Shown piece by piece: positions 28,163-42,459 of a stretch of 64,000 nucleotides of DNA. Within the stretch, counting starts at the first letter, position 1. Every line of letters starts with the position of its first letter. The DNA comes from Epiperipatus broadwayi (Eukaryota > Animalia > Onychophora). Position numbers and translations under genes: made by a program. The stretch covers positions 20,646,001 to 20,710,000 of the forward strand of contig JAQFVV010000001.1 in assembly GCA_028023455.1 (NCBI GenBank), in the 5' to 3' direction. The notes under the pieces are model-generated. The model was not told the origin of the DNA, ran no database searches, and was given only the letters and a program-made list of their open reading frames with translations.

Positions 28163-31100
28163 AATACAAATAGAATACTTTATGGTTATATATATAATAA
28201 AAATCCATACAACACTGTAATACAAGCCAAAATAACAAAATTTTACTAAAATTCTTCCACAATCATGGAGTCATATGTTGTACATTTAGTTGAATTTCAC
28301 TTGAGAAGGTGTATTTATTCATAGATGAATCCATGGTTATAGAAGAATTTTAGTAAAATTTTGTTTTAGCTAGTATTGTACTTATATATGAATTTCTAAT
28401 TTGCTTTTTAATAGCTAGTATAGTGTTATGATGTATTTAATAATAATATATATGACAATTGGAATAATAAATATTAATTAATATTTACTGATATTGTACC
28501 ATAAAATCCACATTAGCATTCACTTTAAAAATCTCGTATCTTTCATCCATCATACTCATCGATGGAGCTATTATTCACATATGCGATATGCAGTGCTCAT
28601 ATTGATAAGAACTATAGTCATTTAAGATAAATAAATGCATACCATGACTGAATTATAAACTATACTAATAATAATTTTAAATCAAGCTTCTTAAAAGTCT
28701 TGTGTCTAATTAGTGTTTAATGAGAAATGATTAAGACAAGTACAAGTTAGACAATATAAATATATTCAAAGAATTTTAGGATAGATTGCTAATTAACTTT
28801 TTCTGAAGTATATATGCATACTTGTATGTGACATTCTAACTGAGTTAAATTTAAAGTTATATATCATCAAAAGTAAGATCCAAAACTATGGCATGAAACT
28901 ACAACAGCAAAGCCCAATAAATTTTATAATCATAATAAAAAAAAATATTCTACATCATTACTATATGTTCCTCATAAGTTCTTTGAAAAAAAAAAATCAT
29001 TTTTAAAAAAATCAACTCAATAGTTTGAAATAAATACCATATTACCATAATGGAACTGCTGTGAACATTTGTTATAATCACTCACTTTGAAGAAAGATGG
29101 AAAAACAAAATTAAGGTTGCTTTTAACTATTTAATCTCTACTTAGAACTGAAAAGCCTTCTGAAATTCTCTAAAAATGTTCAAATGCAAGTATTCACTAA
29201 ATAATTACATATATATTGAAGCTGGAAATATAGTGCATATTTCTGCTTCAACTAGTGCCAATGTCATCAGCACTAGTGTGGGTTTAAACCCAACCTTTTA
29301 TATTAACTGACACCCAACACATAATAGGTGGTAGTATAATTATAATCAATATTATAATCTTTTATCTAATTAATTTGTATTTTATGATTAACTAACCTTT
29401 TATAATAGTTTATTTATTTTATAATATTTGTAAAACTGTATATTATGTTTATTTTATTAAATTGGCATTGATATGTAATTGAATCCTAGATATCTATAAA
29501 ATGTTACAAATATTTTAAATTCTTTTATTAAAGTTCATTTTTCTTAAATTAATCAGTTGGTAACATTTTATATTTATCTTTTGATAAATGTACATTAAAG
29601 GATCAATTATGTAAACAGTGTAATATTTGTAAGAAATATTTTGTAAATTTCTATTTAAGTTTATGTCAAATATTAAATTTGAAAGTCATTGTACCAAATT
29701 CCTAAAATTTTTCTGAATAAAATTTACATTTTTGTTAATCTAAATCTTAATTAAATAGGCTTTCTTAGTACAATGACTGATAAACTGAATATGCTTGTTG
29801 CTGTTTTCTTTTAATTAGCAAATGAACCCTTGGGGCATGTTTAATGCAGGATGATAGATTTCCCTCCAAAGCAGGCACCAACCTCAGAGAACCACTTAGA
29901 GCAGTTGCAATTGGCAGTTGTCACTATAGATTGAATCCTATAGATAAAGCCAGAGCAAATAAATAGTGGAAATTTTTGATAAGAAGGGATTTTTATTGAA
30001 AAGAGTTCACTGAAGAGAAGTGATTAATATATATAGTACATCGTGCCTAAAGAATGACTGAGTAAAAGATCAACCGTTGCTTTCCGGAGCTTTGTCCCAC
30101 CAGCTCATCAATGCCTTTCCAATGCTCTCAACATCTAGCTGGAGACTGTATTGTGTCAAGGAAGCCTGCTAAATGATCTAACTGTATAACTGCCTGTTTC
30201 AAGCCACGGATTGCCTACCGATTGATTCTGAGGTAATGTCCAATTTGCCACAAGCCACTGATTCTATTTTACTTGTTTTCCAAATCAATATTAATTTATA
30301 TTTTATATATCTGTGTAATGTTTATACAACTTAATTTTAAAATGCGTCTTAATTTTTTTTTCTCTTAAATTTAAAATATCAATTCTTCTAAAAATCTCAC
30401 ATTATTTTGATGTGGCAAATTAAATTAATTTTTGTTGGTTTATTTAGAATATTGACTTACTGAAATTGCCAAGTATAAAACTCAATGAGAAACTAGCTTT
30501 AAACCCTCCCTCTTATTTTCTCCATTTAAAAATCATTACCGGAGACTTATTTCCCTTAAATTAATTAATAGAAAAGCTTGTTTAGTTTTGTACCTTTTAT
30601 ATTATAAATTTGTTTTAAATGATAGAAATTATTTTAAAAATTAGATGTGTTATTATTACCTCCAATTTAAAATTGCCCTCGTAATTTTTTCTGAAAGAAT
30701 AAAGAATTTTAGTAAATCAGTTAAGTAAATCTATTACGATTTCTGTAAAACAAATGTCTTGAAAGAAAATTGTTGAAAGCATTTTATCAGTACATGTTTC
30801 ATACATATATATTTTATTTGTCAAAAAAAATAGTAAAAATTCGATGTATAATTTGTTATGCTGTATATTGTCAAACTTCACTATAAGTGAGTTTGATATC
30901 CAATGCTCCATCTATGTTAGTTAAAAGACAGTTTTATTTTGTAATCTTCAATGAGGAGTTATTTAATAACTTACTAATAAATGAAATATTTGGAAAGTGA
31001 GGAAAACAATTTATATTTTAATTTTAATTCTTGCCTTCCCTTTTTATATTATATTTTATGATTCATTCATTAATGGCCTAAAGTTTCTGGGACTTTCCAT

Positions 31101-32461
31101 TATGTCAGGGAGCGGATTATTTTAAGCAGGGATTAAGTTATTATTTTCGTTAGTAATACACTATCTATCTATATATGTCTGAGGCATTATGTATTTATAG
31201 TTAAGACCATTTCTTTATTATTGTTATTCTTGCTTTGCTACATACTCCTCGGGACCTTCGGCAGTTTAAATATGACCAGTCCAATCTTTCACTTTCCCTC
31301 AAAGTAGACGTAGTTCATACCAAGGGATCATTTTCGGGCATTGCCATTAAGATGTGTATGGGAAAGCCAGCACATCAAATTTATTATTATTCAGAGACAT
31401 GTTTTGGATGGAGGGCTAACAATTCTCTTATCTACTTGTATATATCAGGGATTTCTTTTAGTAAAGTCACCTAGAGGTTCATAACAGACCTCATTTATTC
31501 TTTGTTGTAATCTATAATGGCATACTGCCTTCACCATTATATATATATTATTTATTTACAAATCTGAAATGCTCTATGCCGTGATGGCACGTCTTTCACC
31601 TATCAACCCCATTAATTAGTTAAATATGATTATCTAATTTTTTTAAAATGAACTATCTTGCTTTCCACACTCAGTAGATTCAACTGATTTAAATGTAATA
31701 GTGTTATAAATGCACATCTTTCATATCTTGTTATCTATCTATCTATATTTATATATAAAATAGATTTATTTGTAATCTTTTAAAGAGGGCTAATAATATT
31801 TTATTGCTGATTAGTTCTTGGCAGACCAATTAACAAAGTTTTACTGTTTTATTAAATGCCTTGCATTTAGCCACATCAAAACGAATTTAATAAAAATAAC
31901 CTAGTTGTATAAACAAAACCCAACTTATTTTGTAACTAAATTTCTTAATAAATTCCTGTAATATTGTAATTTTAAATAAGCTTAGTTTGTCATCACTCCA
32001 AATCTCTAAGGTTAATTACTCTATTTATTTATAATATTTCTTCAATTTAAATTCACTTCTTTGTAATGTTGCCAGAAAGAATTACAATTATTACGGTTCA
32101 AATCATTTAGTAATCGATATCCAATCACATCTGTACCGTTCTGCAATTCACTAAATCATTAATTTCTTATATAAACTCATTATTTTGAGTCTCTTTGTGA
32201 ACCATGACCTCCAGCTGGGACGTAATAAAATCAAGCACTGCCCATGTCATCACAAATGTTATCCATTAGTCAGAGATGTGATAGTTCAGGCAAAATAGGT
32301 TAGGATTCACCCTTGCCCTGACATCTGTATCTTGTGCACGGTTGGATTCAAGGTACTTTTGCTTGGATTATTGGTCTTGTTGAATGAATACATGATTTTG
32401 ACTGGCACAATATATAATATTCAAATATAAATATATTGTCTATACTAAATTTAATGTAATT

Positions 32462-32625
32462 AGAAGGGACTTGATTCCAGACTTTCAAGCTCCCTATAAT
32501 TATATATTCAATCTTAGACAACTGATACACATGACCACATACAACTGAAGAAGATAAATTATCTCTATATGTATTTCATGCTGAACCAGTTCTCATCAGT
32601 TGGTCCAGATCTCCATCTCTTACAC
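32462..32625 (-). mobile_element. Hammerhead + tRNA-like short element, copy S1
   Basis: Homologous to 33980-34150. Minus strand reads ccaa CTGATGA gaactg gtt cagcat GAAA, followed by a tRNA-like segment ending in a degenerate B box. Confidence 0.7.
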
Positions 32626-33979
32626 ATATATACAATCAATACTCAGTTTATATTAAAACAGCAAATTTTCAAACTTTAATAGACAAGCTTCAGTCTTTTC
32701 CACCCTATGTATCTTTACCAACTATACATAATTAAGTTAACAAAGACTTAACAGGAAATTAAAAGTCAGCAGTATATATGTCTTAGTTAGAACATTTTAC
32801 ACTTAATCTTGCTATTATTAACTGCAGGATATTTTACACAAAATCCTGTTATCAATAGCAGCAAGATTGCTTTACTATATGTGCCTTAGATGTCTAGCAC
32901 TGCTTAAGAATTTTAAGCAATGGGTTTTTTTTTTCTCAAGCAATTTTATTAATTTAAAAACAACTTTCTATGCATTCACTTGGTATTTTATGATCACATT
33001 TCATTAAAGTTCATCATTGAAAGAGTGATAAAGATCTATGATGAGTCAGATTTATTTTAATACTGATTAAAAACAAACTAAGATAATCACTCTATAACAA
33101 TATTAATTTCTTGGCTTTTACTATTTGATGAATCGTATTTTACTGTGAAGTAAAAAACTGTGTTCCAAACTTTTAAAATGCATAAAATTATTTAACTATT
33201 CTCAAAGAACAAAAGTTAATTCAGAATTTTACTTTATTAATGCCATGTAATCTAATTTAGACCTCTATTATCTTATCAGTGTCACTACTACATGATATCA
33301 GTGATATCTTCAAAAGTTATAGATCAATTTATCCACCTTATTAATTAAAACCCAATCATATTTTCTTATTCATATTTTAGCTATTAATATTAATAAGAAG
33401 CCTGAGTTTAAAAATAAATTAAGACAACAGATTCTTGATTGTCTGATTGCTAAATAAAAATACTTTTGATATACAAGAATATGAAACTCAAATCTACTGA
33501 AATGTATAAAAATATAAGAAGTAATTATATTGTAAATATAAACCAGGAGCACAAATGATGAAGATTATGCTATATTACAATCATAATTCATTATTTTATG
33601 GACAGTGCTTTGAAATTCTTTTGATCAAATGAGATTACCCTTCATCTAATAATATATTTATAGCCATTTATCAATCAATATTGAATGAATATCTAGATTA
33701 TCTAGAGAGTACTTGTCCAAAAAAATCCTATAACCAGAAAATTCACAAAGCTTCATATATAAATTGTAAGTCATAGATGAAGCAAACCAATGCTTCTCAT
33801 TTAGTATTTCTATATGTTATTAAATTTAGTACTGCTCTCTTCCCTAATTAATAGTCTGAAATTATTTAAATTTAAAATATAATTATCCTGAACAATGAGA
33901 TAACATGAAATACATCCAATTAAATTCTTAGACTTTAATTTTTTCAATAAAGATATAGATGTATCTTAAAATAATTATA

Positions 33980-34150
33980 GAGGATTTGAACCCAGACTTT
34001 CAAGCTCCCTTCAGCTATCCATTCTATCTCATACAAATGATACACATGACCACATACATGCGAAAAAGATAAATGATCCCCAATATAAAGTATTTCATGC
34101 TGCACCAGCACATATCAGTTGGTCCAGATCATCATCTCCCCACATAGTCA
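33980..34150 (-). mobile_element. Hammerhead + tRNA-like short element, copy S2
   Basis: ccaa CTGATAT gtgctg gtg cagcat GAAA tactttata ttgg, then ...tggtcatgtgtatca...ctgggttcaaatcc (B-box-like GGTTCAAATCC). Confidence 0.7.
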
Positions 34151-34433
34151 TTCATTATACTAGAGATTATCTAATAATGAATAATATTTCTATAGTGTAA
34201 TTTTCACTATGCCATTCACATGCAAGATAGGGACTGGTTTTTATCCTCTTTTAACATCTTGTGGAGGGATGTAATCATAAATATATGACCAAAAACTTGT
34301 AAAAAAGATTTATGATACCCAAGATGCAGATTTCCTGCAGAACCAGCACTCAACACTATCAAATAAACTAGTAATTTGTTATATATATATACTGCATGAA
34401 AATAAAGATATGTGCAAGAGATTATGGTCTGAG

Positions 34434-34475
34434 CCAACTGATGAGTGCTGGTTCAGCATGAAATGCACATCTTGA
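34434..34475 (+). ncRNA. Minimal type-I hammerhead motif, copy S3 (best preserved of the S family)
   Basis: ccaa CTGATGA GTGCTG gtt CAGCAT GAAA tgcacatc ttga: intact core and 6-bp stem II. tgcacatc is the CpG-decay product of cgcgcgtc, which would give a palindromic stem III and a GUC cleavage site. Confidence 0.75.
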
Positions 34476-37400
34476 GGATCACAAATCTTTTTCACGTGCT
34501 TTGGTTATATTTTTATGATTATATCCCTCCACAAGGTGTTAAAAGTGGATACAAACCAGACCCCACTTTGCATGAGAATGGTGTAGTGAAAATTACACTA
34601 CAAAAATATTATTCACTATATAGATGTATGTGTATATGGAACAAATATAATGTAGATAATTATCATTATTGTTATCAAAATTGTTATTTAATTTTATAAA
34701 TAAGTTCTTTTATATATACAAAAAAATATTCCAATAAAATCACAACAAAAAGTTCATCAGATTTTTCAATTAGAGTTAAAAGTATCTACTAAACAGAATA
34801 AATAAAAAGAAGCATTACTGTAATCGAAAGTGACATTTTGTTTTCAAAGGAATTGTTAAAGCTAAGTTTACTAACATTTATATCTATCTATCTTGACATT
34901 TTACCTTGCCACATAGAACTTTTAGAATAGACAATAAATATTTTTTTAGAAACACCAATAAGTCCTTAAACTCATAAATTCTAACTTATTTTTGTGTTAT
35001 AAATCCAATTTTAAAATTTTCTAGTATACATATACATGTCTTGTTAAATTGACGTATTAAAAATATTTTTTAAAAACTAAGTAAAACAACTTTTAAATAT
35101 TTCGTGTCAAAACAAAAATCTCTCTAATAGTACAATTTCCTATCCTCAAGAGAAATAATAAAGAATAAAGCATAATGTTTGCCAAGTATGGGACTGAACT
35201 AGTTTTAGCATTTTTCCATTGTTGTTTTGTGTTCTAGATAAGAATAACTAGATAACCAATTAATGGCCAATAATTGGATAAATAGCTAGACTGATTTGCA
35301 TTATATTCATGGACTTGAGTTAACAGATCTGGAAAAGCATGCAGACAGAGACCTATATTATATTTATATTATATGAGATTGATATAGTTATCTAGGAAAT
35401 ATTTAAAAATGAAAATACAAATGTCTCTATTTATGCATATAATAATAAAAACTGAATAACTATATGCAAAATATTGTAATTAAAAAATTTTATTTAAATA
35501 TATGTAGCTACTACTTCATCATTTAATATCATTTTGTTTTACAAAAGGTATTCAATTCTATAAATGTAAAACACAAAATTATTAAATAATGTGCAGCCGG
35601 TCTCTATCAGATCGTTCTTTAGAAACAATTTCTCATAAAAAAATATTATATCATTTAATTTATTCATGAATATTATTATACAATTTTTGATTAGGAAATT
35701 CAACAGTAATTGATTTAAACCAAAATATCAAAATTGCAAACAAAAATGTCCAAATACGACAATTCATTAAAAATAACAGAGAAAAGAACTGACTAAGAAA
35801 AGTTATGGTAGATATGTCAATATTGAACTTTATGCTTAGACCGCTTTACATATTTTCAATTCTACAAACTTCCCAGTAAGTTAAATGAATTGATTAAAAT
35901 TTTATATCCAAATGTCATTGAAAGTAAGATACATTAACTCATAAAAATTGAAAAATAACAATAACAATCTATTCTTCATAATAAAAATGTCAAAAAAAAT
36001 AATTATTCTGTTTAGGCTTAAATTTTAATAATGACTTTTTCAACTAACGTTTAAAAACTAGGAAAAAAAAAAATGAATCCATTCAATTAAAAAATATGAC
36101 AGTAAACTACCAACTATTTTGCCATATATTATTTTATCTTACCATAATCCCACACCCAATCATGAGATCAAAAGATTGAAGCAATAAAAATGCATCCATG
36201 AACATACTATGTATTCATCTTACTTTACAATTTAACTCTTTAAAATAATAATTTGACTGTCAATATAAACAACAATCTATTAATTTTCATGTCATTAGTA
36301 AATTAAGCATCTGTAAATTCATAAAACAATTATTGCTTCAAGTTATCAATAATTGTCTATCTTATTTATGAAATAAAAACAATGTCTGAATCTTAAAATT
36401 AAAAAGAATTCAGTTACTGAAATTCTATCCAATCTTTATTTAAAAAACTTAATTCAAGATACTGTATGATTAAAGAATTACTGAAGATAAAATATTAATA
36501 TGTCATCTTTATTATTTTCAACCTCATACACAACATTGGCAAAGTGACCAACTAATATGTCTAGGTAGCTATTTATCTGAACAAAGTTAATGCCTTAAAA
36601 CATAGACACAATCAAACATACAATTGCCATGCCTTTATATTCATGATCATTATAAGAACAGATGAAACTATCTAAAAGTCAAATTCAAATAATAAATAAT
36701 CATAAAACCTATTCCATCTCCAATGGCCTAACCTGATAGTATATCATGAATATTCTATATTTTTCTTCAGTAAAAACTTCATTTTCTATCAAATGGTTTG
36801 ACTGGAAATTATTTTAGATTTAAAGTTATTTAATAGAGGAAAGCAAATAAAAATGGTACAGTACTAAGATCTTGGCAAAACAGTATCTAATTCTTAAAAA
36901 AAAAAAAAATTGTAATTCATTTTGATTCAGATCTCATCAAATTTTTTGGCAAATCAACTTTATTAAAACCACCATTTTTGCTCAACAAAATTACCTATTA
37001 ATAATCTCAGTATCTTCAGATCATAAAATAAATATATTTCCAATTGGTCTATCAATGCAACACAACTACTTCAGCATACACCATTCTATTAACTAAGTCA
37101 AATCTCTCTAAAACTGATTTTCTTTCAGTGCAGTCTCATGTTGCAACAGATGTCTCAATAAGCATTAATTATATTTTATCAAGTTTGATGACACTAAAAG
37201 AGATTTACAAAAAAATATGCTCACAAAAATTTTAAACAACTACCATGTATTCATTTCAAATAACTTTCAATGTTAAAATGATGAATAATATATACAAAAT
37301 TCATTATCTAATTTATCAAGTTTCATAATACACCAAATAAATGATAGTGCTTAGCTGCACATAATTTGCTAAAAAATTAATATATTTAATTATTTCAAAA

Positions 37401-37743
37401 TAAAATAATTATTTATCTCAGCGTGAAGCTATTCTACTTTTCAAAACAAATTCAAAACATTTCCAAGATAATTTCTATTGTCATCAGTTTTATTTATTTC
37501 TTTATTAAATTCTTTCAAAACAAAAGAACTTATCACCTGTACCACATGTCACTCAAAAGAAAAAGTTAACCTTCTGGCTTTATTATTTTCACTTGAGAAT
37601 AACTGTATTTTTACATCTAAACTCAAAAACAATCTTCTTTAGATCTCATACCAAGTACATCTGCCATTATATCTTTCATAGACTTACATCTCAACTACTA
37701 ACAAAAAATTCATAACTTTTATTCATAACTTTAATAATATATA

Positions 37744-37761
37744 TGTGTGTGTGTGTGTGTG
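37744..37761. repeat. (TG)n microsatellite
   Basis: About 9 TG units, read directly. Confidence 0.95.
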
Positions 37762-39540
37762 AAAATAATCCCAGTGCATAATGCTAAACTGAAATAAATA
37801 TCCAAATAGTAAATCATTCAAGAAAGTCAGAACCGTCCTCTGTGAAATAAATATATAAATATATTAAAATCCGTATTTCAAAATAGCCTATTATACCTCA
37901 TATTGAGGCTGGCTATTTTGACATACAGACTTTAATATATTTATTTCACAGAGGGCAGTTCTGGATTTCTTAACCATGTGGGGTGATTTAATATTTTATA
38001 AATATATATATGTATGTCATGCATTCCTTCAACTTTGTAACAAATCTTGAACTATTCTTCAGTGTAACATTTTTCATACTAATCTCTCACTATGCATTAA
38101 TTCAAGAGAAATCCTCATTCATCAACTTAGATGGAGACTTGAAACACCTAAAAAATGACAAATTTCTCATAAAACTCATGTACAGTGAGAGAAATTTGTT
38201 TGAATGATTTTATAAATGAGTGATAATTCAACATTTGTTACAAATTTGGAAGAATGCAGAACAAATTTGAAAGATTTAATTGGTCACAAATATTTATTAG
38301 GTTCATTTGTCAAGTTATTATTTATACACACATATAATTACATAATAATTGGAGGATTTTATATACTTCTAGATGTAAATTTCGATAATTAATAGGATTT
38401 TTCCATGCATTTTTTTTGGATAAATTTCAGTAAAATACAACCAAATAAACTGTAAATTAAAACCAGCATGGTAAACTGAAATTATTTTGCATATTTTAAT
38501 ATTTACCTGATTCATTTTTAAATCTAAAGCCAAACTGTTTTTAGCTTATTAGTCTAAAATAATCAATGTTGGATCAGTCATTAAAACTTATTATGGGTGA
38601 AAACTGGAAATATCACAATATCCTAAATATTTTTATAAATAAATAAACCACTCCCATAAAAAGTTATATAAAATAATTAGAAAATTTTTATGATCTTTTA
38701 GATGTAAATATCAATAACTTAATTTGATTTTTCTGTATGTTTTTAGAAATATTTCACCTATAAAATGACTGACAAGCTGTCATTTAAAAACTGTTAATAT
38801 AAAATGAAATTACATATAATAACACTATTTGTCTTATCAGTCTCTAAACCAAAAGCAAAAATGTTTTTAATTTATTATTTAAGGTAATAAAGTAATAGCA
38901 GTCTCACTTTTAAGAACCCACCAGAAAACTGTTATTAGATACCATGATATTCACTTTATATTGTAAGTTTTTAATTGACAGTTTGCTTAATTATGTCATA
39001 AGTAAAATTTATCTAAAAACACAAACTAAAAAACTTCATTAAAAATCCTTGAAAATCTTCTAATTATTACATATAAATTTTTATAAGAAAGGTTGTTTGC
39101 TTGTGAAAATACTTTAGAAAGATCTGGCTTTTCCCATTTTCATATGTGTAAAATATTTGTCTGATCTATTTCCTTAAATATTCTAGAATAATAAACTAAA
39201 AATGTTTTCATTTGTGTTTAAAAATAGATCAGATGCATTAGATTGCATGCTGCAATTGCAATGCTGTTTTTTAATTGACTTGCTTGGTTATATCATAGCT
39301 GAAATTTATTTAAAACATATATGGAAAAATTCCAATCAATTATCAATATTTTTTTTTAAATTTCGTAAAAATAATTACTTATGAGAAAATAATTAGGAAA
39401 TTATGGTAGTAAACTAAAAGTAACTTAATCTTTATTTTAAGGATGAGTCAAACAAATATTATTACTAAATGGCTTGATTTCAATTTGCAAACTAGTTTCT
39501 GATATATATTATATTGAAAAATAGAATAGTAAGAGGCGTA

Positions 39541-39656
39541 TAAAGAACTAATTAAATCTATGTGGTCATATCAACATATACTGCAAAATGTGAGTGTACA
39601 CCATAGTAATAGAAATATAAAGAACTAATTAAATCTACATGGTCATATCAAACATC
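39541..39656 (+). repeat. Direct repeat (~37 bp, 78-bp period) just upstream of PLE copy P3
   Basis: taaagaactaattaaatctatgtggtcatatcaa and taaagaactaattaaatctacatggtcatatcaa. Confidence 0.85.
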
Positions 39657-39669
39657 ATACTGTACCAAA

Positions 39670-41480
39670 CAACCTAATAGCTTTGTCAGTTAAAACCCTT
39701 AGTTCTAAACATTAAACAGAAGTTGAAACTTTTGTTCTGGAAAAAGAATTAAAATTTGTCATCATACCATTTAATATCTCTTTATTAAATATAATAACAG
39801 CAACTGACAAAGTCACTCATAAATTCTCTAAAAGAAGCAGTAAAATTACAATGGTGAATAAAAAGAATATTTGATAGATGCAATATTGAGAAGAAAGCTA
39901 ATTTATATCTCTAAGTAGACAAATCAATAATGATTTTCCTTCCTGACAAAGACAATAATGCAGAAAAGAGAGCCCCCCACAGCAGGCCAATGCAAAAAAG
40001 TGGCAAAAATCCTATACCAACTACAAAAACAAAACAAGCATTAGTCAGAAAAAATTGCAAATACTTCACTGTTTCAGAAAAAAATTAGATTAATATCATA
40101 CTTGACCAAAATTCTACATCTTTATAATTTATTTAAAATTCATAAGAACCATATCAAAACATATTAAAATCTTGATCAAGATTTTAGTCTATCCTTTATC
40201 AGAAATTATAAGCACTTTGTGGAATTAATCAAAAACATGAAAGTTGAAAGGAACATATTGGTAAACTTTGTTGTGGAAAGTTTATACATAGATGTATCCT
40301 GAGAAAAAATATTGTCAATTGTAAAAAAAAATATTAAATGAGGACAATCGCTTACAAACTGGAATAACTCCTTCTATTGATAATGGAACTCTTAACATTC
40401 TGTATAACAACAATATACTTTCAATCCAACACAAAATTCTTCCAACAAAATTACAATATGGCTATAATTTCATTGCTGCCACTTCCGATAAGTAAAGTTT
40501 ACACTGAAGAACTTGAAACCATAGCCATAAATACTACCATCTCCATGTAAAGTCTGACTTTCCTATGTTGATGATATATTTACAATATAATCACATGGTA
40601 AAGCACTATTACAAACCCCCTGAATACATATCAATAATATATCTCCTTCAATTAAATTTACAACAAAATTAAAACAAAAACTCATTCTTAAATATTTTTG
40701 TAACAAGAATCATAAACTACATTCGATCATAAATCATAGGAGTTCAACAAAAAAAGTTTGTTAACTAGTAGTTTAAAAAATGAAAATCTTACTAAATAAA
40801 TATCAGAGGAAAAAGCAATTATAGGCATTGTAGTGTATCTATATATACCAGGAAAGTAGATAAACAAAAAAAATCTGCAATCAGTATAATATCAAAACAG
40901 CTTTACAAAACCAAAGTAGACTCTCAGGAGTGCTAACTTATACAAAATCCAAACTGGAAATTCTAAAACCAAAACTGCATTTATAAAATACCACATTAAC
41001 ATGGAAAGACATATGTCAGTTAATCTAGCTAACCCATTGAAAAGTGATTAAACAGCATAAAGTATACCACTGAACTTATGTTAAAATGAGAAAACACAAA
41101 AGTACTAGAAAGAGAAAAAAGTAAAAAGATGAAAACTTAAAAAAACTGCTCACATGGTAATGGTGAATGTCCTCATAAATAAACCTAGTGTGACAATTCA
41201 TAATGATTAGAAATCATTCAATAACTTGGTCCTTAGATCCTCAGAAATAAATATCTCAAAATTCTACTGACTTGCCTTTTACAGAATAGCTGGTTGGCTT
41301 AGATCATCACTTTACATTCAGTACTCATGAATTTAAAGATCCCAGATTGATTCTCATACTAATAGTATTAATCATTAGGCCAGAAGCAGATGAAGAGAAA
41401 AAAAAATCATTTAAAATATTATGTTATATACTAACCTACATGCTATTACTATTAATTAAATGTATTTGAAAAGTTTAAAT
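39670..41480 (+). mobile_element. Decayed Penelope-like element copy P3
   Basis: Collinear with P2 (tcctgacaaagacaat = PADK; tttgttgtggaaagttta = FDVESL; tatgttgatgatata = YVDD; GIY-YIG remnant; degenerate tRNA-like/hammerhead tail at ~41270-41430). Many stops and frameshifts. Confidence 0.85.
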
Positions 41481-42459
41481 AAAATTTGAATTTTGCTAAA
41501 GACATTTAATATTTAATTTTAGGTAATGGAAATATATAATTATAAACTAATTAAAACAATAATCAACTACATCTTACTAAATTTCTGCCAAATTTATAAA
41601 AAAGATGGCCCTTTTAATAAGTATCTATGCAAATATACACCAATGATTCTTGCAAATAGTTCTACTCATGGTATTAATGACTATACTGCATTACAAATGT
41701 TTAAAAATAATATTAATCACTAATAAAAATATGATAAAAGTAACCTATGATATACTTACACATTACTCTTTAACTAATGTTAAATGGATATCTGAATTGA
41801 TAAAATGAGTTTGTGTATGTAGCTCATCTCACTTCATCATACAAATTAAATGATTCACAAATACATATATAAATCTGCATATCTAATAAAGATTAAATAG
41901 GGACAATATTTCACTAAAATTATTGGGAACTAGGTAAGCAAATACTACATCATTCGTATATATGTTAATAAAACATCAGAAATAGCTTCCATTAAATTAG
42001 CCCATTCAACTGACCTAAGCATGTGAATATGAGACATTAATAATAACGAGACTTAACAATGGGATATAATAATGATGACATTTAAGAATGTGTTTTGATG
42101 ATGATGAGACTTAATAAGATTTAAAAGTGAGATGTGCATTATATTAAACAGCATCAAATTTATTATCATCTTACTACAAATAAAAGTTTATATAAATGGA
42201 TTAATAAAACTAAAAATAATAATTTGCCTATACACTCTGCAATTAAATTTTAATTTTTAAAAGCAAAAAGGTGTTTTACAAATATATAAAAGAGATGATC
42301 TGCATTTGTTATAAAGGCATGAAGAATCTTATACTACGTGCATATCACAAAGTATAAAGACCTATAAATACAATATCGGGCAAAATGTTTATGCATATTT
42401 CCTGTACACATACCACTTCTCATTTGTGCATGATACCACAGAAACCTGAAAACATCAAT

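Noticed and set aside
29250-29295. CTGATGA (minus) inside an actagtgc/gcactagt hairpin
   Set aside because: No stem II or GAAA, so it cannot form a hammerhead.
37470-37500. Minus-strand CTGATGA...GAAA spacing
   Set aside because: Only weak AT pairing and no related copies; likely chance.
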